Part shown: positions 21,194 through 31,395 of the stretch, in pieces | Layout of the letters: every line of letters starts with the position of its first letter | How positions within the stretch are numbered: position 1 is the stretch's first letter | Assembly (NCBI RefSeq): GCF_003428155.1 | Contig: NZ_QLIR01000009.1 | Location: 30,001 to 62,000 of the forward strand | Length of the DNA stretch: 32,000 nucleotides | DNA from: Fastidiosibacter lacustris | Lineage (GTDB): Bacteria > Pseudomonadota > Gammaproteobacteria > Francisellales > Francisellaceae | Reading direction: 5' to 3' | Program-made: the position numbers and the translations under genes | Notes under the pieces: model-generated | What the model saw: the letters and a program-made list of their open reading frames with translations, nothing else | Told to the model about the DNA's origin: nothing | Databases searched by the model: none

Positions 21194-21910
21194 ATGACAA
21201 CACAAAAAAAAGCCTCATGTACTAAACAGTCGCCACGTCCAAAAACATGTCATTTTTGTGATTGTCATAAGCTCTGTCACCTCTTTCATGTCAATCCTAT
21301 AGACACTCTTAATTTTATTAAAGTACAAACAAATATATGCCACATAAAAAAAGGGCAATCGTTATATAAAACACAAGATAAAATCACTGCTATATTTATC
21401 ATACGCACAGGCAGTTTTAAGCTTGTGAATCAGAACGACTATATTGTTGATTTTTGTTTACAAGGCGATGCCCTTGGTTTTGATGCAATTGAAAGTTCAG
21501 CACATACTCTTACTGCTATTGCTCTTGAAGATAGCGCAATTTGTGCTTTTGACTATTACAGCCTCATCCAAGCATTGCCACAAAAACCTATTGTTATCCT
21601 AGATTTTTTACAATTAATAAGTAAAAAACTTAACCTTGCTATTAACTCTTTAGATACCACTCAAGAAGCCTACGTAAAATTAGCTAGCTTTATTTATAAA
21701 CTAGCAAATCATCAAAAGCGCTGTGGTTACTCTAACAAATCATTTATGCTACCTATGAAATATTTAGAAATTGCAAATCATCTTAACTTGAGTATTGAGA
21801 CGATCTCCCGTGCATTTAAATCTCTGACTAACAACACGATTTTAAGTACTAAGCACAAAGAAATTACCATTCTTGACTTTGAACGCTTAAAGTCTATCGC
21901 AACAACATAA
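21194..21910 (+). CDS. fnr: CRP/FNR family regulator, oxygen-sensing [4Fe-4S] FNR type
   Basis: N-terminal Cys19-X2-Cys22-X5-Cys28 plus Cys117 ('SAICAFDYYSL') matches the FNR cluster-ligand pattern. The HTH 'YLEIANHLNLSIETISRAFKSL' retains the E-xx-SR recognition residues. Confidence 0.85.
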   Translation: MTTQKKASCTKQSPRPKTCHFCDCHKLCHLFHVNPIDTLNFIKVQTNICHIKKGQSLYKTQDKITAIFIIRTGSFKLVNQNDYIVDFCLQGDALGFDAIESSAHTLTAIALEDSAICAFDYYSLIQALPQKPIVILDFLQLISKKLNLAINSLDTTQEAYVKLASFIYKLANHQKRCGYSNKSFMLPMKYLEIANHLNLSIETISRAFKSLTNNTILSTKHKEITILDFERLKSIATT

Positions 21911-21923
21911 TCCACTTTATAAA

Positions 21924-23549
21924 TTACTGAAACTGCTTCAACAAGCCTCTTGTTGAGCTATCATAGCTTGGATGAGATAAATATCCTTTTTGTAAGCTTT
22001 CCAAAATTGACTTACCAAGTGCTTTACCTAGCTCCACACCCCATTGATCAAAACTATTAATCCCCCAAATTACACCTTGAACGAAAATTTTATGCTCATA
22101 TAAAGCAATTAATTGACCTAAAGCCTGCGGAGTAAGCTCATCTATTAAAATAGTATTACTGGGTTTATTACCAGCAATAACCTTTTGTGACGCTAAGCTT
22201 GAGATTTCATTTTCACTTATCCCACTTTTTTTAAGTTCATTTTTAACTTGTTCTAAGCTTTGACCTTGCATAAGAGCTTGCGATTGAGCAAAACAATTTG
22301 CCAATAGCACTTGTTGATGATTTTGTAGTGTATGATAGCTTTTCTTAACGGCAATAAAGTCCGCTGGCACTGTAACATTACCTTGATGTAACAACTGATG
22401 AAAGGCATGTTGACCATTAGTACCTACACCACCCCACAGTACAACACCTGTTTGATTGTGACTAAGCTTTCCATTTTTTTTGCAAGATTTACCATTACTT
22501 TCCATATCTGCTTGTTGTAGATAGTCCACTAAATAACACAGCCGATCATCATAAGCTAAAATCGCCTGTGATTGAGTATGATAAAAATTACTATATAGAA
22601 TGGCAATAAGCGCCAAAATAACTGGCATATTCTCTGTTAAAGGTGCTGTTTTAAAATGTTTATCCATGACATAAGCACCTTTCAATAAATCCTCAAAGTG
22701 ATTAAAACCAATGGCAAATGCAATTGCCATACCAATAGATGACCATAGTGAATATCTTCCCCCTACCCAATCCCACATAGCAAAGCAATTTTGTAACTCA
22801 ATGCCAAACTGCTCAACTTTATCTTGAGCACTTGAGATGGCAACAAAGTGTTTAGCTACAGCCTTTGACGTTTGGTAATGATCAAGCAACCATTTACGTG
22901 CAGTTTCTGCATTCATTAATGTCTCTTGAGTGGTAAACGATTTAGAGGCAACAATAAATAAGGTCGTCTCAGGATGGATGCGGTTTAACACGCTTAAAAT
23001 CGAATCAGCATCGACATTCGAAACAAAATGCACACGTGTTTTGTTTTGATGATAAGGTTTTAACGCCCTTACTATCATTTTTGGTCCCAAATCAGAACCA
23101 CCAATACCGATATTAACTACATCAGTAATTTTTTTATCTGTAAAGCCTCGCCAATGACCATCGTGCACATCTTTAACCAATTTTTGTACTTTTTTACGCT
23201 CAACTTCAATTTCTAATTTAACGTTCTTACCATCAACCAAAATTGAATCTTGAGAAAAATCACGCAAAGCTGTATGTAAAACGGCTCGATTTTCACTGGT
23301 GTTGATTTTACTCCCTTTAAACATTGCATCACGCATTACTGCAACCTGTGCATTTTCCGCCAAAGCAAATAAACACTCTAATATTTCTTCATTGATCCTA
23401 TTTTTGGAATAATCAAGGAATAAATTTCCATGCTTTAAGTGATAGCGATTAAAACGTTGACTATCTTCATCAAAAAGACCTTTTATTGCTAAATGCTTAT
23501 ATTTTGTTTCTAATAAATGCTGTAATTTATTTGTAATTTCTTGATTCAT
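21924..23549 (-). CDS. pgi: Glucose-6-phosphate isomerase
   Basis: '[14 protein letters not shown]', '[10 protein letters not shown]', '[10 protein letters not shown]' and '[20 protein letters not shown]' match Pgi. ORF track start is 23585; ATG at 23549 (MNQEITNK) avoids overlap with pgl. Confidence 0.95.
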   Translation of the reverse strand: MNQEITNKLQHLLETKYKHLAIKGLFDEDSQRFNRYHLKHGNLFLDYSKNRINEEILECLFALAENAQVAVMRDAMFKGSKINTSENRAVLHTALRDFSQDSILVDGKNVKLEIEVERKKVQKLVKDVHDGHWRGFTDKKITDVVNIGIGGSDLGPKMIVRALKPYHQNKTRVHFVSNVDADSILSVLNRIHPETTLFIVASKSFTTQETLMNAETARKWLLDHYQTSKAVAKHFVAISSAQDKVEQFGIELQNCFAMWDWVGGRYSLWSSIGMAIAFAIGFNHFEDLLKGAYVMDKHFKTAPLTENMPVILALIAILYSNFYHTQSQAILAYDDRLCYLVDYLQQADMESNGKSCKKNGKLSHNQTGVVLWGGVGTNGQHAFHQLLHQGNVTVPADFIAVKKSYHTLQNHQQVLLANCFAQSQALMQGQSLEQVKNELKKSGISENEISSLASQKVIAGNKPSNTILIDELTPQALGQLIALYEHKIFVQGVIWGINSFDQWGVELGKALGKSILESLQKGYLSHPSYDSSTRGLLKQFQ

Positions 23550-23553
23550 CGCT

Positions 23554-24270
23554 TTACTCCAACTCATTTGCAGCAGGTTGATCAAGATGCCAAACTAGTT
23601 TACCTTCAATTGGTTTAACAACCTTTGCTGGATAAGCTATCGATACATTCTCCTGATCAAAAACTTTCTTTAGCATATTTGCTTTAGACTCCCCTGTTAC
23701 CAGAAAATCAATGACCTTCGCATAATTTATGATTTTTAATGTTAACGTCACGCGATACTGCTTTGTCGTTGGGTGCATTGCTATTTCCACCCACTTATCG
23801 GAAGACAATGACACACCATTGACAAATAAAGAAGCCGTGTGCCCATCTTCACCCATACCTAACCAGATCCAATCAAATTGCGGAATATCATTATACTTAG
23901 GCACGTATTTTTTGATGCTTTGTACATAGTTTAGGGTGGCTTGCTCTGGTGAAATATCACCTTGCATAGGATGCAAATTTTCTCTTGGGATCTTTACCTG
24001 CTGAAACAGCATACGATCTGCTTCACCAAAATTACTCTCTTTATCTTCAAATGCGACACAGCGCTCATCACACCACCAAAAATGTAACTTCTCCCACTTA
24101 ATTTCAATCATTTTGTCACTTTTTGCAATAAGCTCAAATATAGCTTTAGGCGTACTGCCTCCAGAAAGTGCAATATGAACCTCATCTTGTCTTGAATGCG
24201 ATAAGCTAACAAGTTTTGTCAGCATAGCATAGGCAATATCTTCTTTCTCTTGATATATAATGTATGACAT
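23554..24270 (-). CDS. pgl: 6-phosphogluconolactonase
   Basis: 238 aa. '[17 protein letters not shown]', '[20 protein letters not shown]' and '[16 protein letters not shown]' are DevB/SOL-type 6PGL motifs. Confidence 0.93.
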   Translation of the reverse strand: MSYIIYQEKEDIAYAMLTKLVSLSHSRQDEVHIALSGGSTPKAIFELIAKSDKMIEIKWEKLHFWWCDERCVAFEDKESNFGEADRMLFQQVKIPRENLHPMQGDISPEQATLNYVQSIKKYVPKYNDIPQFDWIWLGMGEDGHTASLFVNGVSLSSDKWVEIAMHPTTKQYRVTLTLKIINYAKVIDFLVTGESKANMLKKVFDQENVSIAYPAKVVKPIEGKLVWHLDQPAANELE

Positions 24271-24291
24271 TCTCTATTTTACCCCCCTTAC

Positions 24292-25809
24292 TTAAGCTTT
24301 TGAGTTTTGCTTAAAGTTTGATGATGGATTACGCCAAATGTGGTCTAACTCGGCTAACATTTTGTCAGATTCAACTGGACCAAATGAACCACTTGGATAA
24401 AAATTTAATATACTCTTACCATGCTTATGAATGTATTGAATGATTGGATCGATAATATTCCAGCAGGCCTCAACTGCATCATTACGTGCAAATAAAGTAT
24501 TATCTCCTTGTAAAGCATCTAGAATTAAACGCTCATAAGCAGTTGGCAATGCTTTTTGAGCAAAATCAGAATAATAAAAACCCATATCCACCTCATGAGT
24601 TTTAAAGCCACTACCTGGTTCTTTTGCCGCAAAACTAAGCTTAATTCCTTCATCAGGCTGAATACGAATAACCAACTGATTCTTAAATTTTGTTATTTTC
24701 TGTACTTGAGAGAAAAAAGGGTGAGGTGTCGGTTTGAAATTAATCACAACCTCAGAAACGCGCTGATTTAAACGTTTACCAGTACGCACATAAAATGGCA
24801 CATTATGCCAGCGCCAGTTATCAATAAAAAAGCGAATTGCAGCATAAGTTTCAGTAGTTGAATCTTTTGCTACCGCTTGTTCATCACGGTACGAACCTTT
24901 AATCACACCTTGAACGCAACCTTCTTGATACTGAGCAATCACCACGTTTTGTTTTATGTCTTCAGCTGTTCTAAAGCGACGAATAGATTGAAATACTTTT
25001 AACGTTTCATTACGAATAGAATACGCATCCATTTTAGCAGGAGCTTCCATTGCGACAATACCCAAAAGTTGTAATAGATGATTTTGAATCATGTCACGAA
25101 TAGCGCCATTTTGGTCATAATATCCCGCTCTTGAACCAAGCCCAATCGACTCATTGGCATAGATCTGCACATTATCAATGTGAGCTGCATTCCACAAAGG
25201 TTCAAAAATTGAATTAGCAAAACGAAAAACTAATAAGTTCTGCACTGTTTCCTTGCCAAGGTAGTGATCAATTCTAAATAACTGAGATTCTTTGTAGTGC
25301 TGTAGCAAATGTGCATTTAATGCGCATGCACTTTTTTCATCTATGCCAAATGGTTTTTCAATGATGATTCGCTTATAACCATCTGTTTCATCATTTAAGC
25401 CCAACTTGGCTAAGTGTGAAGGAATTTGATAATACAAACTAGGTGGCGTTGACAAGTAGAAAAGTAAGTTATTGTCAAGCTTATGGCTTTTAAGCAGCGC
25501 CTTTAAACGCTTATTTAATAATGTATATCCTTCATCTGTATAAACATCTATCGACTGGTAATAAATTTGATTTAAAAATTTATTAATACTTTTCTGATCG
25601 TCTGGATATTCAGTTAGCAAAGCCTCACACATTTTTTGACGAAATTGTTCATCGTTAAACGCTGATCGTGAAACCCCCAATACGATATTATTTTTAGTTA
25701 AACTCTTATGTTGGTATAGATGAAAAATGGCAGGTATAAGCTTACGCGCCGTTAAATCACCTGATGCACCAAAAATGACAATAATTCCATTTGCTAACTT
25801 ATGTTGCAT
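24292..25809 (-). CDS. zwf: Glucose-6-phosphate 1-dehydrogenase
   Basis: 505 aa. 'IFGASGDLTARKLIPAIF', 'RIIIEKPFG', 'RIDHYLGKETVQNLL' and 'VPFYVRTGKRL' match G6PDH. Confidence 0.97.
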   Translation of the reverse strand: MQHKLANGIIVIFGASGDLTARKLIPAIFHLYQHKSLTKNNIVLGVSRSAFNDEQFRQKMCEALLTEYPDDQKSINKFLNQIYYQSIDVYTDEGYTLLNKRLKALLKSHKLDNNLLFYLSTPPSLYYQIPSHLAKLGLNDETDGYKRIIIEKPFGIDEKSACALNAHLLQHYKESQLFRIDHYLGKETVQNLLVFRFANSIFEPLWNAAHIDNVQIYANESIGLGSRAGYYDQNGAIRDMIQNHLLQLLGIVAMEAPAKMDAYSIRNETLKVFQSIRRFRTAEDIKQNVVIAQYQEGCVQGVIKGSYRDEQAVAKDSTTETYAAIRFFIDNWRWHNVPFYVRTGKRLNQRVSEVVINFKPTPHPFFSQVQKITKFKNQLVIRIQPDEGIKLSFAAKEPGSGFKTHEVDMGFYYSDFAQKALPTAYERLILDALQGDNTLFARNDAVEACWNIIDPIIQYIHKHGKSILNFYPSGSFGPVESDKMLAELDHIWRNPSSNFKQNSKA

Positions 25810-25942
25810 TAAGCATCTCTGTAGTTAATCGTGAAACGCCGATAGTTATACCATTTTTTATTACCAAGTTCACGATTTAATCGCAACAATTAATTGTTTA
25901 ATTTTCATACCACAGGACAGTAGCTGCAAAAAACCTTTATTT

Positions 25943-25979
25943 CTAAGCGGTTTCATGCTCAATAGAATAGATCGCTTAG
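25943..25979. repeat. Inverted repeat CTAAGCG ... CGCTTAG (7-bp arms, 23-nt spacer) in the zwf/trmL intergenic region
   Basis: Arms at 25943..25949 and 25973..25979 read directly from the sequence. Confidence 0.3.
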
Positions 25980-26341
25980 TATACTGTTGTTTAAATAATA
26001 ACTAAAATCTCTGTACACGAAGAGAAAATTATAAAATACTGCTTGAGGCGTTATTTTTTCTGATTTACGTAACATGAAAAAAACACTTCAAACAGCTGAT
26101 GAATAGTTTATTTGTTATCAGGGTAAAGCACAATCAATTAACCACGAACGCTAAGGGGCTTCAGGTGGATGTTTTAACTGTAAGGATAAGCATTTGAAAA
26201 ACTTAAAATAAGATTTCAAAGCTAATGGCATTGCTTACTCTCAGCATTGTGGCGCATAAAAAAAGGCTTTTTCAACTACCTTCTCCTATAGCATGCAATC
26301 AATAGCACTTCCTTAGCACCAACTCTTTTGCAAGAATTAAA

Positions 26342-26812
26342 TTACTCTTCACTCAAATTCCCTAGGAAATCCAATTGACGCCATGCTTCAAACAACATAA
26401 CTGCTGCTGCATTTGATAAGTTTAGGCTTCTGCTGTTTTTTAGCATAGGGAGCTTAATTTGCCTATACTCTAACGCTTTAAGTATGTAAGCTGGCAATCC
26501 TCTACTTTCAGGTCCTAACAATAAAACATCTTCATCTTGAAATTGTACTTGATGATAATATTGCTTGGCTTTAGTCGTACATGCCCAAATTCTCTTATGG
26601 CTATTCTTGATAACAAAATCCTCAAAGTTTTGATAGCGTGCGACCTCTGCAAATTCATGGTAATCCAATCCCGCACGGCGTAACTTTTTGTCTTCTAACT
26701 CAAAGCCAAACGGTTCAATCAAGTGTAACCTTGCACCTGTATTGGCACATAAACGGATAATATTTCCCGTATTAGGGGGAATCTCAGGCTCATATAAAGC
26801 AATATGAATCAT
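26342..26812 (-). CDS. trmL: tRNA (cytidine/uridine-2'-O-)-methyltransferase, SPOUT family
   Basis: '[34 protein letters not shown]', '[11 protein letters not shown]' and '[19 protein letters not shown]' match TrmL. Start ATG at 26812 (MIHIALYEP) is preferred over 26827. Confidence 0.94.
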   Translation of the reverse strand: MIHIALYEPEIPPNTGNIIRLCANTGARLHLIEPFGFELEDKKLRRAGLDYHEFAEVARYQNFEDFVIKNSHKRIWACTTKAKQYYHQVQFQDEDVLLLGPESRGLPAYILKALEYRQIKLPMLKNSRSLNLSNAAAVMLFEAWRQLDFLGNLSEE

Positions 26813-26938
26813 CTTTTTCCTTAACAAAACTATGCTTTTTCTATTCTATGCGTTTTAATCAGGATAAGGAGTGTGGATACAAGCATTTTTTGATACGATA
26901 TGTGAAATTTTTATAAGGACTCATGAAGGATAAGCACA

Positions 26939-27844
26939 ATGACAATCATGGTGATTGGTAGTGCCAATACAGATTTAATTATTCAAGTTGAACATCTTCC
27001 TAGACCAGGTGAAACATTACTTGGAGGAAAGTTTTTAACAGCATCAGGCGGGAAAGGTGCTAACCAAGCAGTTGCAGCTGCACGCTTGGGTGGAAAAGTA
27101 TGTTTTATTGCTAGTATTGGTCAAGACAGTTTTGGCGAAGCACTGTTAAAAAAGTACGCTCAAGATAGTATTAACATTCAACATATTAAACGTCCACAAA
27201 GTGCATCAGGCATTGCCATGGTTTGTGTTGCATCCAACGGACAAAATTCAATTGTTGTTGCTCCTGGCTCTAATGCGTTTCTTACACCTTGTGATATTGC
27301 TGCTATAGAGGATCAGTTTTTACATGCAAAAGTTGTCCTAACTCAACTAGAAATACCACTCTCAACTATTGTTGCAGCTGCTAAACTTGCCTATAAACAC
27401 AAATGCTTATTCATTCTAAATCCTGCTCCTGCCTATGTTTTACCTGATGAACTTTACCCATTTATTGACATCATCACACCAAATGAAATAGAAGCTGAAC
27501 TCTTAACAGGTATCCGGGTTTGTGATCTATCTTCCGCATTGACGGCTTCTAAAATTCTTCATCAACGTGGCATAAAAAACGTTATTATTACAATGGGTCA
27601 TCAAGGTGCATTTTTCTACGATGGTAAAAATGAAGTGCTAGTTCCAACACTTCAAGTTAATGCTATTGATACAACCGCTGCAGGTGATACTTTTAATGGT
27701 GCACTTGCTAAAACGTTATGCAACAGTAATGACATCATCTCCGCTATTAAATATGCTAATAAAGCCTCCGCTTTATCGGTTACGAAACTAGGTGCGCAAA
27801 GCTCCATCCCATATCCCCATGAAATTGAAGCATTACAAGGTTAA
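26939..27844 (+). CDS. rbsK: Ribokinase (PfkB family)
   Basis: 301 aa. 'GSANTDLIIQVEHLPRPGETLLGG', 'GGKGANQAVAAARLGG', 'NPAPA', 'DTTAAGDTFNGALA' match ribokinase. Confidence 0.88.
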   Translation: MTIMVIGSANTDLIIQVEHLPRPGETLLGGKFLTASGGKGANQAVAAARLGGKVCFIASIGQDSFGEALLKKYAQDSINIQHIKRPQSASGIAMVCVASNGQNSIVVAPGSNAFLTPCDIAAIEDQFLHAKVVLTQLEIPLSTIVAAAKLAYKHKCLFILNPAPAYVLPDELYPFIDIITPNEIEAELLTGIRVCDLSSALTASKILHQRGIKNVIITMGHQGAFFYDGKNEVLVPTLQVNAIDTTAAGDTFNGALAKTLCNSNDIISAIKYANKASALSVTKLGAQSSIPYPHEIEALQG

Positions 27845-27849
27845 TTACA

Positions 27850-28602
27850 ATGGTCAATAACAAAAAATTTGAACGCTACATTGACACACTATTAAATATA
27901 CAATCAATTAAAGATTACTGTCCAAATGGTCTACAAATAGAAGGTAAAAAAAATATTAATATTATCGTCACAGGTGTTAGTGCAAGTCTTGAGCTCATTC
28001 ATGCTGCCATCGCTAAAAAAGCAGATGCCATATTGGTTCATCATGGTTATTTTTGGAAAGCTGAAAATCCAACGATTACTGGCATCAAATATCAACGCAT
28101 TAAAGCAATTATTCAGCATAATATTAACCTTTTTGGCTATCATTTACCACTAGATGTACATCCTAACTTGGGTAATAACGTTCAACTGGCTAAGCGTCTA
28201 GATCTTTGTATTGTTGGTGAATTCAATACAAATACTATACCTAACTATGGTTTAATGTGTGAAACAAAGTTGACGTTAAATGCTTTAATCGACAAAATCG
28301 AATCTACACTTATGCGAAAGCCACTTGTCGTTGGTAATCAAAACCTGCACATCCACAAAGTTGCCATTTGTACTGGAGGAGCTCAAGACCTTATTGAACA
28401 GGCTTATCATGCAGGAGCAGATGTCTATATTTCAGGTGAAATTTCAGAGCGTACAACACTTATTGCACGGGAACTTGGTATGACTTACATTGCAGCAGGA
28501 CATCACGCGACCGAGCGTTATGGAATTGCAACACTAGGTCAATATTTAGCACAAGAATTTTCTTTAGAACATTATTTTGTTGATATTGATAACCCAGTTT
28601 AA
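27850..28602 (+). CDS. NIF3-like dinuclear metal-centre hexameric protein
   Basis: 250 aa. 'DYCPNGLQIEG', 'DAILVHHGYFW', 'FGYHLPLDVHPNLGNN', 'GGAQDLIEQAYHAGADVYISGEI' and 'AAGHHATERYG' match the family. Confidence 0.93.
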   Translation: MVNNKKFERYIDTLLNIQSIKDYCPNGLQIEGKKNINIIVTGVSASLELIHAAIAKKADAILVHHGYFWKAENPTITGIKYQRIKAIIQHNINLFGYHLPLDVHPNLGNNVQLAKRLDLCIVGEFNTNTIPNYGLMCETKLTLNALIDKIESTLMRKPLVVGNQNLHIHKVAICTGGAQDLIEQAYHAGADVYISGEISERTTLIARELGMTYIAAGHHATERYGIATLGQYLAQEFSLEHYFVDIDNPV

Positions 28603-28675
28603 TACTGTTGTTATCCCTAACTTATTTTTTTTGTGATAGACTGCTTACACCTAACTTGAACAACGTAAGCTCATT

Positions 28676-29137
28676 ATGGGAAGCGAAAAAGATAACATTA
28701 GGCTTATTAAGAAATATCCTAATAGACGTTTATACGATACAAAAGGCAGCTGTTATATTACAGCTGAAGGCGTCCATAAATTGATTATAGAGCATGAAAA
28801 TGTCGTTGTGGTTGATAATAAGACAGGAAAAGATATCACACGTGGGGTGCTCATGCAAATCATTAATGATTTGGAAGAAAAGAGTCCAAGACAAATGTTT
28901 AGTAATGAATTCCTAGCACATGTAATTAAGTCTTATGGGACAGAGATGCAAAATACTTTGGTGTTATGCTTTAACAAAACACTTGACCTTTATTTAAGCC
29001 AAACTAATGCCCAAGAAGACTTAATAAAAAAATCCAGCAAACAGATGAATCCTAGTGATTATTTTAATACGATTGCCAGAGAAAATATCAGCCGCTGGCA
29101 AAAGTCTTGGGAAAACTTAAAAAGTACCAAAAAGTAA
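28676..29137 (+). CDS. phaR: Polyhydroxyalkanoate synthesis repressor PhaR-like
   Basis: 153 aa. 'RLIKKYPNRRLYDTKGSCYITAEGVHKLI' and 'VVDNKTGKDITRGVLMQIINDLEE' match the PhaR N-terminal and accumulation-regulatory domains. Confidence 0.9.
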   Translation: MGSEKDNIRLIKKYPNRRLYDTKGSCYITAEGVHKLIIEHENVVVVDNKTGKDITRGVLMQIINDLEEKSPRQMFSNEFLAHVIKSYGTEMQNTLVLCFNKTLDLYLSQTNAQEDLIKKSSKQMNPSDYFNTIARENISRWQKSWENLKSTKK

Positions 29138-29395
29138 TATTCCAAATACATACTTACTCATTGTAATTATTTATAATTGCTTCAATTTGCGGTTAATCGC
29201 AAAAAACTTTCTGAGAAACTATTAATTACAAAACACATATTACCCATATCTTCTTGGATTATTACTACTAACGATTACTGCTTTTATGCTGATCTATACA
29301 TAGTATATACTTTTTTAAACACTTCCTGCTCCTGGTTTTTAGAGTCCCGCATTCGCTTTGCTTAGCTCATAGCGGTTAATTAAACTAAGTTTAGG

Positions 29396-29707
29396 CTAGG
29401 CATTAATAAGTACTTTACGCTTAACACCCCAGCATCGACTTAACACGTTATATTTATTTATGCTTTTTTGTTTAAACATCTTCATGAAGTTGTCACGTTT
29501 AACACTTTTTTCAGCTATCCCAGACTTAAGCTTAATATTAAAGCGGTTCGCCCATTTACGAATTGTTCCATGCTTAAAACCCAACATTTTTTCAGCTTCT
29601 TGATAGGTCATCCCTTCGACAGCACAACGCTGTAAAACTTCCTCTGCACTACAGCCATATTTTTGTTGAATAATGTGTTCAAAACTTCCAGTGTATTGAT
29701 TCGCCAT
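29396..29707 (-). CDS. Hypothetical helix-turn-helix protein (103 aa)
   Basis: 'EEVLQRCAVEGMTYQEAEKMLGFKHGTIRKWANRFNIKLKSG' is a plausible HTH. GAGGAA Shine-Dalgarno-like sequence just upstream of the ATG. Confidence 0.65.
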   Translation of the reverse strand: MANQYTGSFEHIIQQKYGCSAEEVLQRCAVEGMTYQEAEKMLGFKHGTIRKWANRFNIKLKSGIAEKSVKRDNFMKMFKQKSINKYNVLSRCWGVKRKVLINA

Positions 29708-29800
29708 GACATATTCCTCTTTCGTCTAAGTTTATAAATTCTTAACGTGATGCGCATTCTAAAAATGCAAACTTAAGACAAGCTTAAGATAAACATAGTT

Positions 29801-30076
29801 TTAACTTTCTTCTCCAAAACGATCTTGAATGAGCGTTCGAATACTATCTAGTGCTTCTTGTGCATCTTCTCCTTCAGCACTTATTATAATTGATGTACCG
29901 CATGATGCTCCTAACATCATCAAGCCCATTATACTCTTACAATTTACTTTTACACCTGTTTTAACAACTTCCATATAAACGTCACTGCTGAATCTAAGTG
30001 CCAAATTTACAAGTTTAGAAGCAGCACGCGCATGCAAACCAAGTTGATTAATAATCACTAACTCAACTTCTTTCAT
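29801..30076 (-). CDS. Phosphocarrier protein HPr family (HPr/NPr)
   Basis: 91 aa. Active-site 'NQLGLHARAA' with His15 and regulatory-serine region 'VNCKSIMGLMMLGA'. Start overlaps the EIIA stop (ATGA). Confidence 0.93.
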   Translation of the reverse strand: MKEVELVIINQLGLHARAASKLVNLALRFSSDVYMEVVKTGVKVNCKSIMGLMMLGASCGTSIIISAEGEDAQEALDSIRTLIQDRFGEES

Positions 30077-30474
30077 ATTTTTCTTTTACCTTCTTCAAGT
30101 ACAATACAAGCTTTAGACGCATCATAAACTCTTTGTGCCAAATCATCCAATGCAATCTCTTGCTTATGATAAGTTAAGGCTTTTAATAACATAGGCATAT
30201 TCAACCCTGTAATAACAGATAAGTTATAAGCACACATGAAAGATTGTGTTACATTCGTTGGAGTCGCACCAAAAAGATCGGTTAGTACCAAAAAACCATT
30301 TGCTTCTGGCATACTCTTAAAAGATTCTTCCACACGCTCCAATAATTCAGGTTGATCAAACGAACAAGATGAAACAACCTGCACATATCCTTGTTGAATT
30401 TGCACCAAACGTGTTGCAACATCAAGCATCGCCTTACCGATACTGCCGTGGGTAATCAGTACAATACCAATCAT
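30073..30474 (-). CDS. PTS EIIA component, mannose family
   Basis: 133 aa. 'GIVLITHGSIGKAML' (His9) and 'GFLVLTDLFGATPTNVTQSF' are EIIA-Man signatures. Start overlaps the rapZ stop. Confidence 0.9.
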   Translation of the reverse strand: MIGIVLITHGSIGKAMLDVATRLVQIQQGYVQVVSSCSFDQPELLERVEESFKSMPEANGFLVLTDLFGATPTNVTQSFMCAYNLSVITGLNMPMLLKALTYHKQEIALDDLAQRVYDASKACIVLEEGKRKI

Positions 30475-31352
30475 TTGTCTAATTCCCTATGCCAAATAAG
30501 TAAGTCTTCAAAACTTGTGCTTAATTTTTTATACAATGCTTCTGCAACATAAACAGAACGATGCTGTCCTCCTGTGCAACCAATGCCTATATCAATATAG
30601 CTTTTACCCTGCTTTTGTTGTAAGCCACACCATTTTGTTATAAAGAGACTAATATCTCTAATCATTTCATGTACTAGTGGTTGAGATTCTAGGTATTTGA
30701 TAACCTCTTGATCCTTTCCTGTCAATAAACGTAACTTCTTATTCCAATAAGGATTAATTAAGCTTCTAACATCAAATAGGTAATCTGCCTTTTGTGGCAT
30801 GCCGTGTTTAAAACCAAATGAAAACAACTTTATTTGTGTAATTGGTTCTCCTTGGTTAAGTAGTTTTTTTTGCAACAACTCCCGTAGCTGTTGTTGCGAT
30901 AAACTCGTTGTATCCAAGGTATAATCAGAAGCGTAAGCATACGACTCTAATGCGCTTAACTCTAAATCTATTGCTTTTTCCAGTGTCATCCCTTGCACCG
31001 AAAAAGGATGACGGCGACGCGTTTCATCATAACGCTTAATCAATACATTACGATCTGCCGTAATATACCAGCATGCCAAATTAAAATGATATTTTTTCTT
31101 TAAATCATCAACTATAAAAATCTCTGATTCTAAAAATGAATGTGGTGCTAATGATATAACAATATTTTTATTATATTGCTCGGTATTAAGAAGATGGAAA
31201 AGTGTCTGATCTAATAAAAAATAAGGTAGGTTTTCAATACAAAAAAAACCCTGATCCTCTAAAATACTTAATACTGTTGATTTACCAGCACCAGAAACGC
31301 CAGCTAAAAGCACAACCGACTTAGGTGTACTACTCACGCAATTTATAACCAT
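30471..31352 (-). CDS. rapZ: RapZ (RNase adapter / P-loop NTPase)
   Basis: 293 aa. 'LLAGVSGAGKSTVLSILEDQGFFCIENLP', 'RRHPFS', 'DIGIGCTGGQHRSVYVAE' match RapZ. Confidence 0.94.
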   Translation of the reverse strand: MVINCVSSTPKSVVLLAGVSGAGKSTVLSILEDQGFFCIENLPYFLLDQTLFHLLNTEQYNKNIVISLAPHSFLESEIFIVDDLKKKYHFNLACWYITADRNVLIKRYDETRRRHPFSVQGMTLEKAIDLELSALESYAYASDYTLDTTSLSQQQLRELLQKKLLNQGEPITQIKLFSFGFKHGMPQKADYLFDVRSLINPYWNKKLRLLTGKDQEVIKYLESQPLVHEMIRDISLFITKWCGLQQKQGKSYIDIGIGCTGGQHRSVYVAEALYKKLSTSFEDLLIWHRELDK

Positions 31353-31395
31353 TGTTCTTATTTTTAATCTCGTCAGTTTAGCAAATCTTTTATCT

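Noticed and set aside
23549-23585. Apparent 32-bp pgi/pgl coding overlap
   Set aside because: It depends on an upstream pgi start in the ORF track. Using ATG at 23549 (MNQEITNK...) removes the overlap and fits the Pgi N-terminus better.
29195-29225. Hairpin TTTGCG-GTTAAT-CGCAAA downstream of phaR considered as a rho-independent terminator
   Set aside because: Stem is only 6 bp and the following run on the + strand is A rather than T; any terminator role is uncertain, so it was not called.
29177-29365. 62-aa + strand ORF after phaR
   Set aside because: No recognisable motif, composition like non-coding AT-rich DNA, no good ribosome-binding site.
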